From: Oculina patagonica
Taxonomy: Eukaryota
DNA: 64,000 nt
Reading direction: 5' to 3'
NCBI RefSeq assembly: GCF_052425735.1
Contig: NC_135766.1
Coordinates: 25,854,001 to 25,918,000, forward strand
The notes beneath the pieces are model-generated. The model was not told the DNA's origin. It ran no database searches and was given only the letters and a program-made list of their open reading frames with translations. Shown here one piece after another: positions 34,002 through 46,200 of this stretch (the first letter of the stretch is position 1; every line of letters begins with the position of its first letter). The position numbers and the translations under genes are program-made.

Positions 34002-34102
34002 TTTGAAATCTGGCTGCAGATACCGCTGTTCTATTGATACCGTTTTGCATCAGCGATCTTGATCCTGTCTGGAGAGGGGTAGGGAGGCCATCGGTAACTT
34101 AA

Positions 34103-35107
34103 CCCTATTCAGACCGGGGGGGGGGGGGGGGGGCTTTTGAGGCCCGCGGTGACTTTGAACTCTTATAACTTTTTTAAGATTCAACCGAACGCTGCCAAAC
34201 TTTCTGAGTTTTCCTAAAATTTATCTGGCAATAATTTGGTAGGGTAAGATGATGTGTCAGGAACTTGACATCGCCATGGCAACGGCATTTTGACAGGCAT
34301 GTCTCCCCAAATTTGTAATTTTGCGTGTTTCTGTTAATAAAAATTAACTTTAATGGAATTATTTTTACATTTTTACGGTTTTAAAGCACATTGTTATTGA
34401 TTTTGAGTACTTTGCAGTAATTGTGGGTGGTTTTCTGGCATTTTGGAAAAATTTTGAAATCCAAGATGGCGGATCCAAGATGGCGGCTGTTTTAATTTTC
34501 ACCATCCCAAGTGACATATACCAAAAGAAAGATATTCGGACATACAATACATCCTATAAGTTTCATTGTGATTGAAATGAAACATCGCTAGCGCAAGGCC
34601 GTGCGATTCGATCAGTTACTATGAATCACCAAAGAACCGGGCAGAACCAGCATTGGTTTTTAATCTAATAAATACATCCCTTCCAGAAGTCGTATATTAG
34701 TCGTATACCGTAGAATTCCGGTTATAAGCCCTGGGCTTATACAACTTCGTAAGGGGTTTTGGGTGGGCTTATAAGCGGAGGGGCTTATATCCGGGAGGGC
34801 TTATAAGCGGAATGAAAAAAACGTTTCGAAACGAGCTACGGGAGTGTTGATGGAAATACGTTTTTAAGTTAAAAACGCATAATAAAGCAACACTTAGCCC
34901 TATTCAGTATTGTCATCTGGTAGAGGGGGGCTTATATCCGGGGGGGCTTATAATCGGATGTATTTTTTTGTTTCCAGGATGATGGGCCTATAAGTGGGGG
35001 GGCTTATAAGCGGAGGGGCTTATAACCGGAATTTTACGGTATTAGTCGTGTATTAGCCCCCCCCCCCCCGGTCAGAGAAGGTCAAAAAAAGCCCGGTCTG
35101 AATAGGG
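34103..35107. mobile_element. piggyBac-like non-autonomous element (TTAA TSD) carrying a nested MITE
   Basis: TTAA|CCCTATTCAGACCGGG ... CCCGGTCTGAATAGGG|TTAA; 16-bp perfect TIR. Confidence 0.85.
34708..35039. mobile_element. Tc1/mariner(pogo)-like MITE with TA TSD, nested in the piggyBac-like element
   Basis: TA|CCGTAGAATTCCGGTTATAAGCCC ... GGGCTTATAACCGGAATTTTACGG|TA; internal GGGCTTATA repeats. Confidence 0.8.
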
Positions 35108-35617
35108 TTAACTCCTTGTGTTGTTTTTCTTGGGTGTACGGTAGTCAAAATCTGCCAAGAACGTTTTACAGCATGTTTGATAATTTTCTTGGGTTAATTT
35201 ATTAGACAGGCCCAGGCTGCTAGCGGTCTACACCTGTCTCTTGCTTTTGGTTTGTTTTTTCTTGTAGGAAGAGTATTGAAGGTCACATACTCTGATTGGC
35301 TAAGAACGGCTCATCTTTTATTAGCCACTTGAAATTGCCTTTATGGGGGAAGGGACATGGGACGGAGGTAAAATAATCACTTGTTTTCTAGTGATGGCTT
35401 TCTACATCATTCATTCTGTTTGGCTTACTACGGGCCATCTCTCATTGGCCACTTAAAATTGCTCACATGCGGCAGGGATGATGGGGAAGAAGGATTTTAT
35501 AATTAGGTACATACGTAATACACATTTTGTATGTGTTTAACTCAACAAGGAATCCTCGCTAAGACCACAAAAGAAAATAGAACCAGGCAATTAGAAATGA
35601 CTTGTACAAGATATAAA

Positions 35618-36631
35618 CAGGGTGTCAAGTGACAAACGGCACTTAGAAAATAGGAAAATAGGAATGACAATGTCCAAAAAATAGGAAATAAATAGGAATT
35701 CTCACCCCAAAATAGGAAAAAATAGGAGGATTTCTTTGAGTTCTATCCTCTTAACACTCCCAACAGCAACTTTGTTTCACAACCCAACGCTTTAATATTT
35801 AACAGGCACAATGGCATACATCCACAATGTATTGCCGTATAAACAAATGTTACCAAGCACAACTCGTCCTACAACAATTACCAGATTCCAAATTTCATTA
35901 GATACTTCACAAGATGCCTTTACTTTAAGTCATTAGACCTTTAAAACTGCATGAGAATGAAAAGCTAATTTTTTTACAAACCGAAACAATATAATGTTCA
36001 CTTTCACCAAATGTATGTCTTTCTTACAATAAAGCCAACCACGACTTTGAAAAATCAACAATCAAAAAGTCCAACACTATACTGTTTTGCTCTCGTTTTT
36101 GGCAGCATTTGCTGTTGAGGACATGGCCTTTTCTTTGAGAGTGTCAAAGAAGTTTTCTCTTTTGTCTTATTTTCTCCAAGCTTTGCATTGCTTGGTCTCG
36201 CTTGGTCTTAGCATGTGTCAAGCATCATTGTGGCTACATTAACAGTTTGTTTGTTGACAGCTGTGCTGAAAGGGCATCATTAGTTCATCAGCCGCTTTCA
36301 AGTCTGCTTTTACTACTTCTTTCTCTCGCATCAGAGTATCCTCACTATCTTGCATGCTATCAAAAGCACTGAGAAAGTCTGGGCACGAGTTTCAGAAGAA
36401 AATCACTCATAAAGGCTTCAAAGCGGTCTTTTTTGACATGAAGTTTCAGTTTTTTGTAGAATTTATCAATTTTATTGACAATTTCATTTCAATTATTTCA
36501 CAATGTTTCTGTGTACCTGAGAAAACCCTAAAAAATAGGAAAAAATAGGAATTTCATGAAAAAATAGGAGAAAATAGGAGGCAGGCCAAAAAATAGGAAA
36601 AAATAGGAAAAAATAGGAACTTGACACCCTG
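35618..36631. mobile_element. CAGGGTGTCAAGT-ended non-autonomous DNA transposon, 6-bp TSD (hAT-like)
   Basis: 13-bp perfect TIR; TATAAA at 35612-35617 and 36632-36637; AAATAGGA subterminal arrays near both ends. Confidence 0.8.
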
Positions 36632-36792
36632 TATAAAGGAAAAACTTTTGTTGAACAAAACAAAAGGAAATAATCGGGGGCTGAAGAGGAATAATTGAAG
36701 GAAAATAACGAAAATGTTTGCAGTGGAATAATGACCCTTGATGCTACCAGGCCCGTCTGTAAAGCCTTAGGGCTTCTTGTTTAACAATGAAG

Positions 36793-37110
36793 CCCGGGGG
36801 GGGGGGAGGGGGGACTCCCATATGAAAGTGACGGGGATGCTCGTCGTCTCGCTTAGGGGTATATATTTCGGAGTTTGGGTCTCGCTTAGGGTGTTCTGGG
36901 GAAAATGGCAATATTTTTAGCCGTCAGGGTCTCGTTTAGGGTTGCACGCGAAGAAATATACAAATATAAGTTCTTTTTTCAGAATTTTGGTATCTTTAAG
37001 GGGTGTCAAATAGCTTGAGCCACACCCATATTGGTCTCTTTTAGGGGTTCTTTTCAAAATTTCCGACGAGCATCCCCGTCCCTTTAATATAGGAGTCCCC
37101 CCCCCCCGGG
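36793..37110. mobile_element. CCCGGG-ended MITE with 8-bp TSD
   Basis: TIR CCCGGG(G)nACTCC.ATAT.AAAG.GACGGGGATGCTCGTCG; CAATGAAG duplicated at 36785-36792 and 37111-37118. Confidence 0.85.
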
Positions 37111-38443
37111 CAATGAAGTTATTGCCGGCATGACAGAATTTAATGCAATAATCTTTCTTTACCATGAGTTGTTTACAAGAGATACACACAATCACTTGAA
37201 CTTCTTTTGAAGTTGGTACCACAAATATTCAATATCTTAATCTGTAATAATTGGTTGGTTACAGGTAATCTGCAACTAAGTAAGCCAGTTCAGGAGAGAT
37301 TTATCGATGAGTTTTCTACCCGAGATGTTGCAGTTCAAACTACAACATGGCTGCTAGCTAAAACAGCTTTAGAATCTGTTTTTTTCCCAGCTCCTTTCTC
37401 ACATTTTAACCAGAATTTATGTTGAAAAATTGGAGTGAATGCTTTCCATTTAGCAAAAATATCTAGTGTTTGGGAAATTCGTGTTTGAAACCAAAATTGT
37501 CTGAAAAATTCTGCAATATTATTTTTTCCAGAAATTGTAGGGTACCTCTAGAGGTGCATGTTTTTTTCCTGGTTGAAATGGAACAACAGAAATTCTTCAA
37601 CTTGCACATAACTTTACCCTTACTTCATCATGAACTTGGCAGTGGTATTTTGCAGAATGCAGAATGATGGTTTGCGGGCAGTTCAATGGCAGCGAGCTTT
37701 CACTTCGGTTTGCTTGCTGTTAGCTTTCACTCTACTTTGCTTGCAGTTAGCTTCACCTTGGTTTGCTTGTGGTTAGCATTTACAATCACTCTGGTTTGCT
37801 TGTGGTTAGTTTTTATTTGTTGGTTAGGGCATCATTTTGCATTCTGCATTCTGTGTTCTGCAAAATACCCCTGCCATCATGAAGTTAAATTGTTTGGGTG
37901 AACATGATTTTTAATATGTCTTTGCTAACTGGTTTTTCTGACAGATAGAAAGTACACAGGTATCAAGAGGTTCAAAAAGCTGAAATCACAAGTTTTGTAC
38001 ACAACAGGCCTTGGTCAGCGATGGTTCTCAGCTCTTCTATTGGTTTAACTTTCGGGTGTGACGTCTCATCTGCTTTTCTGACTTGATGATCATTGTGATG
38101 ATGACAATGTGATGATGATGACAATTATTATGATGACGACAACGGTGATGAGCTCATAATAATGAGGCCATACTAATGTTATATTCCCAAGGTCATTTCT
38201 GAGCCCAGACATATTTCAAAACCATGTCTGTATCTTGAAATCTCCTGCACTATCTCGCTATTCTTTTGTAACTTCTCTCACAGCTTCTCACAAAGAAGTT
38301 TTTCCAAAATAAGATGAGGCAGTGTTAGTTTGTTGCTGTTTTACCTGGCTCAGTTTGCACTACAGCAATCATTTCCTCTGCATCACAGAATGATTGTAAG
38401 GACTCAACTGTTAACGCTCCTCAATGCTCAGTTTTGGTCAACT

Positions 38444-38848
38444 TTATCCTCTCGCATTTGCCAGAACCCAGACCCAAGCTGATGCATCACAACCAAGACC
38501 TAACAGAAATATCCACAGCGGGATGAAAACTACGTAATAAGACGCACTGATGATGTTTTCAAGTCTGCAACACAGTATAATGATGAAACTAAGCTTTGCG
38601 GCAACCATGAACAAAAACCAGAATTTTCTTGCAACGGTGAACCTGTTAGGATCTACGCCATCTTTGAGATGTCGACAAATTCGAAGTAAAATGTAGAAAA
38701 TCACAAAGCAGTCAAAAATTAGAAGCGGAATGAAGATGATGAACCAAAACCAGTCGGTTTCTTTATCCAGACGAATGACTAAGAAGATCAGGAAGAGAAG
38801 AACTACGCTCCATACACCGAGAACTCTGTAGAATGGAGTGTTCGCCAT
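38444..38848 (-). CDS. TMEM60: Transmembrane protein 60 (134 aa, single coding exon)
   Basis: RVLGVWSVVLLFLIFLVIRLD..WFWFIIFIPLLIFD..GVDP..KFWFL..KLSF..LCCRLE..YYVVFIPLW. The second ATG (38848, AAAACATGG context) fits the family length; an upstream in-frame ATG exists at 38920. Confidence 0.9.
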   Translation of the reverse strand: MANTPFYRVLGVWSVVLLFLIFLVIRLDKETDWFWFIIFIPLLIFDCFVIFYILLRICRHLKDGVDPNRFTVARKFWFLFMVAAKLSFIIILCCRLENIISASYYVVFIPLWIFLLGLGCDASAWVWVLANARG

Positions 38849-39164
38849 GTTTTCGTTCTTCTGTATCAGATGGTACACTTCGCGATTTTTGACACAACAA
38901 GGCAAACGAGAATTCACCATACCGCTGGTGAGAGAACCGCAGTCTCTAACTTTTGCCGGGGTCGCGCCACGTATATGAAAACGCCGATCAGCTGATAATT
39001 AATTTAGTTGCTGGGCCTTTTAATTTTATGCACAACACCACGTTATCATTTATTGGGAATATTATAATAATTCGTGATCATTCGTGAAATGTAAATAATT
39101 TAGAAGAGACTTTTAAACGGGGATGCCCAAAGATCATTGTTTGTACGTTGTATAACACATCACA

Positions 39165-40690
39165 ATGGAGAATTTAGCACAGCAGGTCGAAGAGATTGAA
39201 GCTTTATCAGCGATTTATGATCAGGATTTTGTGGTCATCGACGAAGCTAACAGGATCTACGAAATCCGCGTGTGCAATGAAAATGATTCTTGGTGGTCAG
39301 CTACTCTACAAGTTCTGTTACCCCCGCAATACCCGGCGAGAGTTCCTCCCGTGTTTGAAATCCATTCTGCTTGGATGAACGATGCTGAAATGTTTGAGGC
39401 ATCGGACTTGCTGCACACAATCTACCGAGAGAATCAAGGAGAGATTGTGCTGTACCAATGGGTAGAAGCGCTGAGAACATTTATTGATGAAAAATTTAAT
39501 GATCGCGAACAAAATGATGGCGAGCAATTGAGCAGTGGTGATTCCATCAAGTTCACCGGTAAGCCGTTCTCTTTTACTGCTATGTATAAATTGTGGTAAA
39601 CTTAAAATATAGGTTTGCGTTTGTTCAATTTGATAAACAACATTAACAATTAGATGATGCAATCTTATTAGCTAATTTATGCTTGAACAAAACTGAAAGA
39701 AGTGATTTTTTTCCATTCTTCTCTTCTATTGTATTAGTGATTTTATTGATCTGTTTAAATCTAAATTATTATTTTATGGCAAACACTCACAGTTGGGTAC
39801 AACCAATAGCTAGGGAAGTTGGTAAAGTGAATTGGTTAAATGTTTTAACAACCAAGCATAGCACCCACACAGCACCCCCACATCTAAGTAGATATCCCTT
39901 CCTGGCAAATCAAGCAATACAAGATTTGAAAAGAGCAGACCATCCACACTGTATAAATGATTCCCATATTTACGACAGCAAAACCTTTTCTGGAACTGCA
40001 CAATGTAAAATTAAACACTCAATGTTCCCACCGAGGATGTTCTATTGTAACCATGGTAATAGTTTCTGTGAAGCTGAGGTAACACCAAATTTGTATTTCT
40101 TTTTTTTAGACAATGATGAAAAATTACCAGAAGAGGGCAAAAATGATGTGTCTGAAGAAGAGCTATCAGCCACTATTAGCAGTGATCTTTTGGAAGATGT
40201 AACTACATCTGATGCTTTAAAGCTATTTAGGAGTCCAGAATCAGACTCATGCCCAGAGATCCTTCATGGAGAACCATTCACAGACAGAAAAAGTACTTTT
40301 CAAGCCCACCTGGCTCATGTAGTAACATCAGATCAAGTTAAACAAGTTCTGGAAGAACTAAAGAAAAACAGGAAAATACACAATGCCACTCACAATGTCA
40401 TGGCATATAGAATTTTCTGTGAAACCCGAAACTCTTTTCTTCAGGACTGTGATGACGACGGCGAAGCAGCAGCTGGGTCAAGACTTCTTCATCTGTTACA
40501 AATACTTAATATAAAGAACGTCATTGTTGTAGTAACACGTTGGTACGGTGGAATTCTTCTGGGTCCTGACAGGTTTAAACATTATAATAACTGTGCAAGG
40601 GGGCTATTGAAAGTTGTAGGTCTTGTGGAAGATAGCCCTGATTTAAAAGATTCTAAAAGTAAAAGCAGATTAAAAATCAAGAAACATTAA
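39165..40690 (+). CDS. IMPACT: Protein IMPACT (RWD + UPF0029 domains; GCN1-binding GCN2 inhibitor), 324 aa, 2 exons
   Basis: Exons 39165-39558 (ACC G|gtaag) and 40110-40690 (ttttag|AC). QVEEIEALSAIY, LPPQYP, LYQWVE; FTDRKSTFQAH, ATHNVMAYRI, DCDDDGEAAAGSRLLHLL, VVVTRWYGGILLGPDRFKH. Confidence 0.95.
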
Positions 40691-40899
40691 AATATTTAAT
40701 CATCATCCAACTTAAATTAAACTAGTTGAAAGACTTTCGGCTTCAAGCTAAAATGAGTGCTCGTTCATACCACCAATAGCAATAACACTTTGTCTTTGAC
40801 CAGAGGCGGCGGAGCGTTTAGAGATGTAGGGGTCCCATCGTACTCCAAGCCAAACGCATACCCCTCCTGCCCTGGAAGGAGGCACATCCCCCTACTTAA

Positions 40900-41030
40900 G
40901 TTTCCCAAAATGTCTTGAACACTATCAGGTGTGTCTGTAATGGATTTGTGACAATGCATAACTAGGCAGTTCCGACAATCCTACTTCATGGTGCTTTTGG
41001 AGTTGTTCTTTAGACACTTTCTTTGTACAC
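40900..41030 (-). mobile_element. Degenerate hAT transposase C-terminal (dimerisation-region) remnant
   Basis: Minus-strand translation KCLKNNSKSTMK*DCRNCLVMHCHKSITD resembles the hAT motif LKTYLRSTMxQxRLNNxxxMHxHK; contains a stop codon. Confidence 0.45.
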
Positions 41031-41247
41031 TCTAAAGTCACTGATGCCACAGTTAAGGTCAAAGACAATCTTAACAGATTGTAGATCTCTCCTAGTTAGT
41101 AGCATTTTGGGGATTATAAAGGAGTTTTTCGTTGAAAGTTCAACACCATTTTATCCTGTCAAGCACAATCCTGATGAAAGGATTTGTCTTGAACATGTTC
41201 TCTTCAAACCGATTTTGTACTGTGCTAGCGATTGCTTTGGCACTGAA

Positions 41248-41280
<33 letters not shown>

Positions 41281-41290
41281 GGGGGGGGGG
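41248..41290 (+). repeat. (TG)n microsatellite followed by poly-G
   Basis: About 15 TG units, then a G run. Confidence 0.9.
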
Positions 41291-41360
41291 CTGAGTCCTC
41301 CAAAATTATTGTTTGTGGGGCTACAGCCCCCTTCCCCCCCCCCCCAAACTGCTGCCTATG

Positions 41361-41875
41361 TAGACTACAAGCAGTCCCTCTTTTTTCTTAGTCCATCGAG
41401 TGTGAAGCTACTAAAAGAGCATTACCGAAAAATGGCCATGGGAAATCTGGAGGCAAGACACGTAAAGAAAAGGAACTACCAACAAAACCAGAGGAGTTTG
41501 AATTATGCATTGCTCTTACAACACAAAAATATGATTGGCTAATGCTTGGATGTTGTTGTCAGCACTGAAGTTATCAGCAAGGTTTTCATTTTACGATCGC
41601 TAATGTTTTTCTTGCAGATTAAATTGAAGCAGAAAGTCTCACGGGCAACAAAATCTGCCAACTGGCTGTTGCAACATCTGGCGTAAAATGAAAGGAAAAC
41701 ATGTCATTGAAAACAAAAATTAAACATCTTGTCAGCTTCTAGATTTTGTTCACGGACACGCGGCCGTGCATCTCGCCTTCATATTTTACATGGCCATTTT
41801 TTTCTGCTCCCCCTTTTTAATCCCCTACATGCTTGATGGACTAAGAAAAAAGAAAGATGGACTGTGTACAGTCTA
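41361..41875. mobile_element. TAGACT...AGTCTA-ended MITE
   Basis: Imperfect TIR TAGACT...CAGTCC..CTTTTTTCTTAGTCCATC.AG and its inverse; no clean TSD. Confidence 0.55.
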
Positions 41876-43213
41876 CACTTGCCTGTACACTGACAGGATC
41901 CCAAGAAATAAAGACTTGTCCTGGAAATTATGCAAGTAAATTCCTTGAAAATTTATTTATTGATTAATAATCCATTAATAATTTATCTGGCTGGTGAAAA
42001 AGAGGTTTGGGCTGCCTAGTGCATCCCTGTTCCAGCATTTTCTACAAAATTTACTGATATTTATTTAGTGTGAATCAGTGTTCATGATATAAGGGGATCT
42101 GACGTCGAAAACCCAACAATACCAGCTACCTGACCTGGCTAATTAATTGGAATTCCTCCCTTAATGCTGAAAAGAAATTAAACCATGTCATCTGCTAAAT
42201 ATGGGTATCTGCATAACCACATACCTTCATAGAATGGGATAATTCTTAACAAAATAAAGTGAAGGGGCGTAAAAATAAAGACCTAAGCATCTCAGAAACA
42301 GCATTAACTAAAAAACATATTCCCCATGGAGAATTGAAAAATATACAAATTATAGTAAAGAAAATTAAATTTTGCATGCTGACCTAAGACTTGATACATA
42401 GGGGTAAACTTCCTTATTTTTTCGTTCTACAATCTATCAGCACCAATAAAAAAATAACATGTCCTACTAACTACTGTACATCAATAATGTATACAAAATC
42501 CTTACAATTATATTTTCTACATGCCTGTTTGTTATTTTTTTTGCTTTGGTTCCAAACAGGCTCCCATTTAGTGGAATCTCTTGGAAAATTTTGCTGTCAG
42601 ATCCCTCTGAGAATTTCTGCCATTTTGGGTTTGTGGATGTACCATAAAGCATTAATAATTTGCAGAGGTGGCTCATGATTCTTCCAAAATTATCCATCTT
42701 GCAGAATTTTAGTTACATATCATGGGTCTCAGAGTCCTAACTTCTTTGTATGGCAAAAAAGTCTTGGGTTTCCAAAATGATACTACAGTAGTCTCGAAGT
42801 ATCATATTCCACCCCTCGCAATTATTATGTGAAGATCAAATTTGCAGATTTTTTTTTTTAATTTTATGGGACTTTGTTGCAGCATAAGTTTTGGAAATAA
42901 TGACAATTTTTAGGTGGAGAGAAATAAATGTACCGGTATAAGACACCTGAACTCAAAAGCCAAATTAATATTTAATCACTGACAGAAGAAACCTTTTCAA
43001 CAAAATTTGTGGGAAGTATAATTTTGCTAAATACTTTTGGTTATTAAATTTGTGCAAATATAGCACTTGAAACGTACAACGAATTCATGCCGTACAGTAA
43101 CTTGAAGATCAGCATAACTTTATGGTTAGTTTAACCTTTAGCTATCCAAGCTATTTATCTGTTGTGAGCATTTTACTCTTTGGACCATTGATCCATTGTT
43201 CTGTAACAAAGTT

Positions 43214-46200
43214 TTAGCCTTTTGTTTCTAAAGCATTAATTAAGAACTGTATTCTTTGGACAGCAGACTTCCGCGCCAGTCGTACATCTTCTAATCCATC
43301 AGTCTGTACTTTATCAAGATCCAAAATTAATTTGGTTAGTTGCTCATCTAGAAAAATAAACTCTCTATCACCTAAGGAAAAATAAAATTAATATTAGTTA
43401 ATAAAAGTTTTCCATAAGCCAAGATGCACTAGCCTGAAAGTCATTTTCACTAGCCCAAAAAATCCATAAAAGCATAATTAACTAACTCAAAAATGTTCCC
43501 CATAAACTTTCACTTGCCCGTCGGCAAGGATAAAATCCACTAGCCTGACTCAGAGATTCCAACCCTCCCGTTTTCGGTGATCCTTTCCAGCCTCCTGTTT
43601 TCGCTCAATATTTTCCCGTTTTTGTAGCTTTCCTCTAGAAAAGTAAGATTATGTTTTCTCTGCTACACTTTCCATTTTTGCACAATCCTTTGTTGTTTTT
43701 CTATTGTATCTTGGCCAATCATCTCGGGCTCCTTTTACCTTGAGTGCTTCCTAGCATCAGACCACGGTTTTTGGACGCTGTAATGCGGTGAATTGCCTTG
43801 ACTTCACGCGATGTTTGTGTTTGTTCATGGTCTTGCTTCATTTTGTATGGTTTTTAGTTGGTAAATTTCCATTGACTATGATCTCAAAACGCAGGAAATG
43901 GCATCTTAGAGGTCTATATTTTTAAAACATTTTCGGGGGTTGATGCCCCCTGACCCCCCTAGAGGCTCATGACCAAAATCTCCCATTTTTTCACCTCAGT
44001 GGGTTGGAATCTCTGCAGACTGCAGAATTCACTAGGCCCCGGGTATCAGATATATTTGCATGCTGCTATGGGACTGTGGAGATGCAAACTCAAAACTCAA
44101 CATAAATTTTCACCTCAAGAGGTTAATCAATTTTAATTTGTATTTTTTCTTAGTAGTGATTTATTTGAAACTTCTCTTTTTTTCTGTGACCAGTCTAAAA
44201 CAAAAAAGCTATATCTTTAGGAATAAAACGTAGAAATATTCAACTGACCTCTTCTTCCTGAAAATCCCAACACTCTTGGTTCCAATTCCTCTGCACGACA
44301 GAGCAGTGTATCAATAGAACTTATTTTAGCATCTGTCGAAGGTGATCTACGAGCTATATATTGACTTCTAGGATCAGTTAGACCTGACTGGTGGTAACTA
44401 GGTCCATACGCTTGTGAAGGGGATTGAGCATAGGGCTGTCTGTTTGGTGGAATGGAGCGCGACACTGGCTGTTGACCGGGAAGTGCGTATCCTGCACCAC
44501 TTGGGTATGAACCAACAGGGTAACCAGAAGGTGGATTCTGAGATTGTGACTGCCGACTCACTGACTGTTCAGGTGCGAATGACATTGGTTGAGTTCCATG
44601 GTATGGGCTAGTCATGTGACCAGAAACTGATGATGGCACCGGACTAGCAAACGGAGGTGTCCAGTGGGGAGCTTGTGGTTGGACAGGTGGGGTATAAGAT
44701 GGGGGTCTTCCATCCTGCTGATTTTGTCCTTGGGCCATGTGAGCTGGTAATGTCTGATAAGGTTGTCCAACAACTGGAGATGGCACATTTCCTTGGTTTT
44801 CTTGTTTCAGTGCTCTATTTCCAGGGACATTCTGCGCATGAGGTGAGGAGTAATAGTTAGCTTGGTATGGATACTGAGGTGGTACACCTGGTGACTGTTG
44901 CCCAGGGGATGGCGGCATTACAAGCTGTTGCTGCTGATGCTGTGGAGTACTTGCACCAACTGAAGCAGGTATTGGCATTTTGTTTTGAGTATTATCCACT
45001 GGGTATGGCTGCTGTACTTGTACCTGATATGCTTGGCCAGGAGGCTGTCCTGGTGTTTGATATGGATGATAACTTGCTTGTGCTGGTGCCTGGTAGTATG
45101 CCTGACCAGTGGGTTGTGGTGGACCCTGGATGGAGCTTTGCAGCGGTGCTTGATATGGTCGACGCACCTGCATCTGAGATGGTACCTGGTATAGTTGACC
45201 AGAAGCTGATGCCGGGGTTGGGTATCCTTGACTTGTTTGTGGAGGTGGCACCTGCATCTGCATTGGCTGACCAGGAAGTGATCTAGCATCTGGGTGCACT
45301 TGACTGGGATTTGAGGATGGAGGTTGATAAGCCTGTTCAGGGTTTGATGGCAGGGTCTGATATGGTTGGCTAGGATGTGAAGTTGGTACTTGATAAGGTT
45401 GACCTGATGCCGATGTCTGGTAAAGACCACTGGCAGGTTTTGATGTCACACCTTGCTGAGTTCCCATTGAGGCTGGTGGTACCTGGTAAGTCTGACTTGT
45501 GTTTTGTGGCGGCATTTGGTAGGCTTGACTAGGAGTATGCATTGAAGTCTGATATGGCTGACTTAGAGGTGACCCTGTAGAGTGCAATGATTGACCAGGA
45601 ATTACTGGTTTTGCTTCATAAGGTTGGCCAAGAGGCTGTCCAGGTTGCAATTGGTTTGGCTGGCTAGGCGGCATCTGGTTTTGCTGCCCGGGTGGCATTT
45701 GGTTTGGTAGACCAGATGGCAGTCGGTTTGGTTGTCCAGATGGCATTTGGTAAGCTTGACCAGGATTTGACATTTGATTCTGGTAAGCTTGTCCTGGATT
45801 AGGCAAAGGCATTTGGTAAGATTGACCAGGAGTCTGATGTTGCTGACCAGGATTTGTGGACGGCATCTGGTACACCTGGGCTGGACTCTGGTTTTCCATA
45901 TTTCCACCAGGTCCCTGACAAGAAGAAAAACATGGAAAGTTATCATGCCATTAATTGCTGTTTATTAGCAGGCTAGGTCATGGTGAATTTGCATCTTCCT
46001 CATTTACCTAATTTGAAGGAAAATACTATTGATTTATCTTACAATTATCAGTTGTTAAAGGAGAAGTTCACTTCAGAATGGCCATTTATTTTCTTTAAGC
46101 CAATAAAAAGTTTAGACAAAGATATGTTATTCACAAAAATTTCAGCCCCCAACGTGCGCTATAACCCTACGAAACCTTTCCTAAAACTCGACAACTAGAA

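Noticed and set aside
44414-45968. Several overlapping antisense and alternative-frame ORFs
   Set aside because: They are shadows of the low-complexity BAG3-like exon 3.
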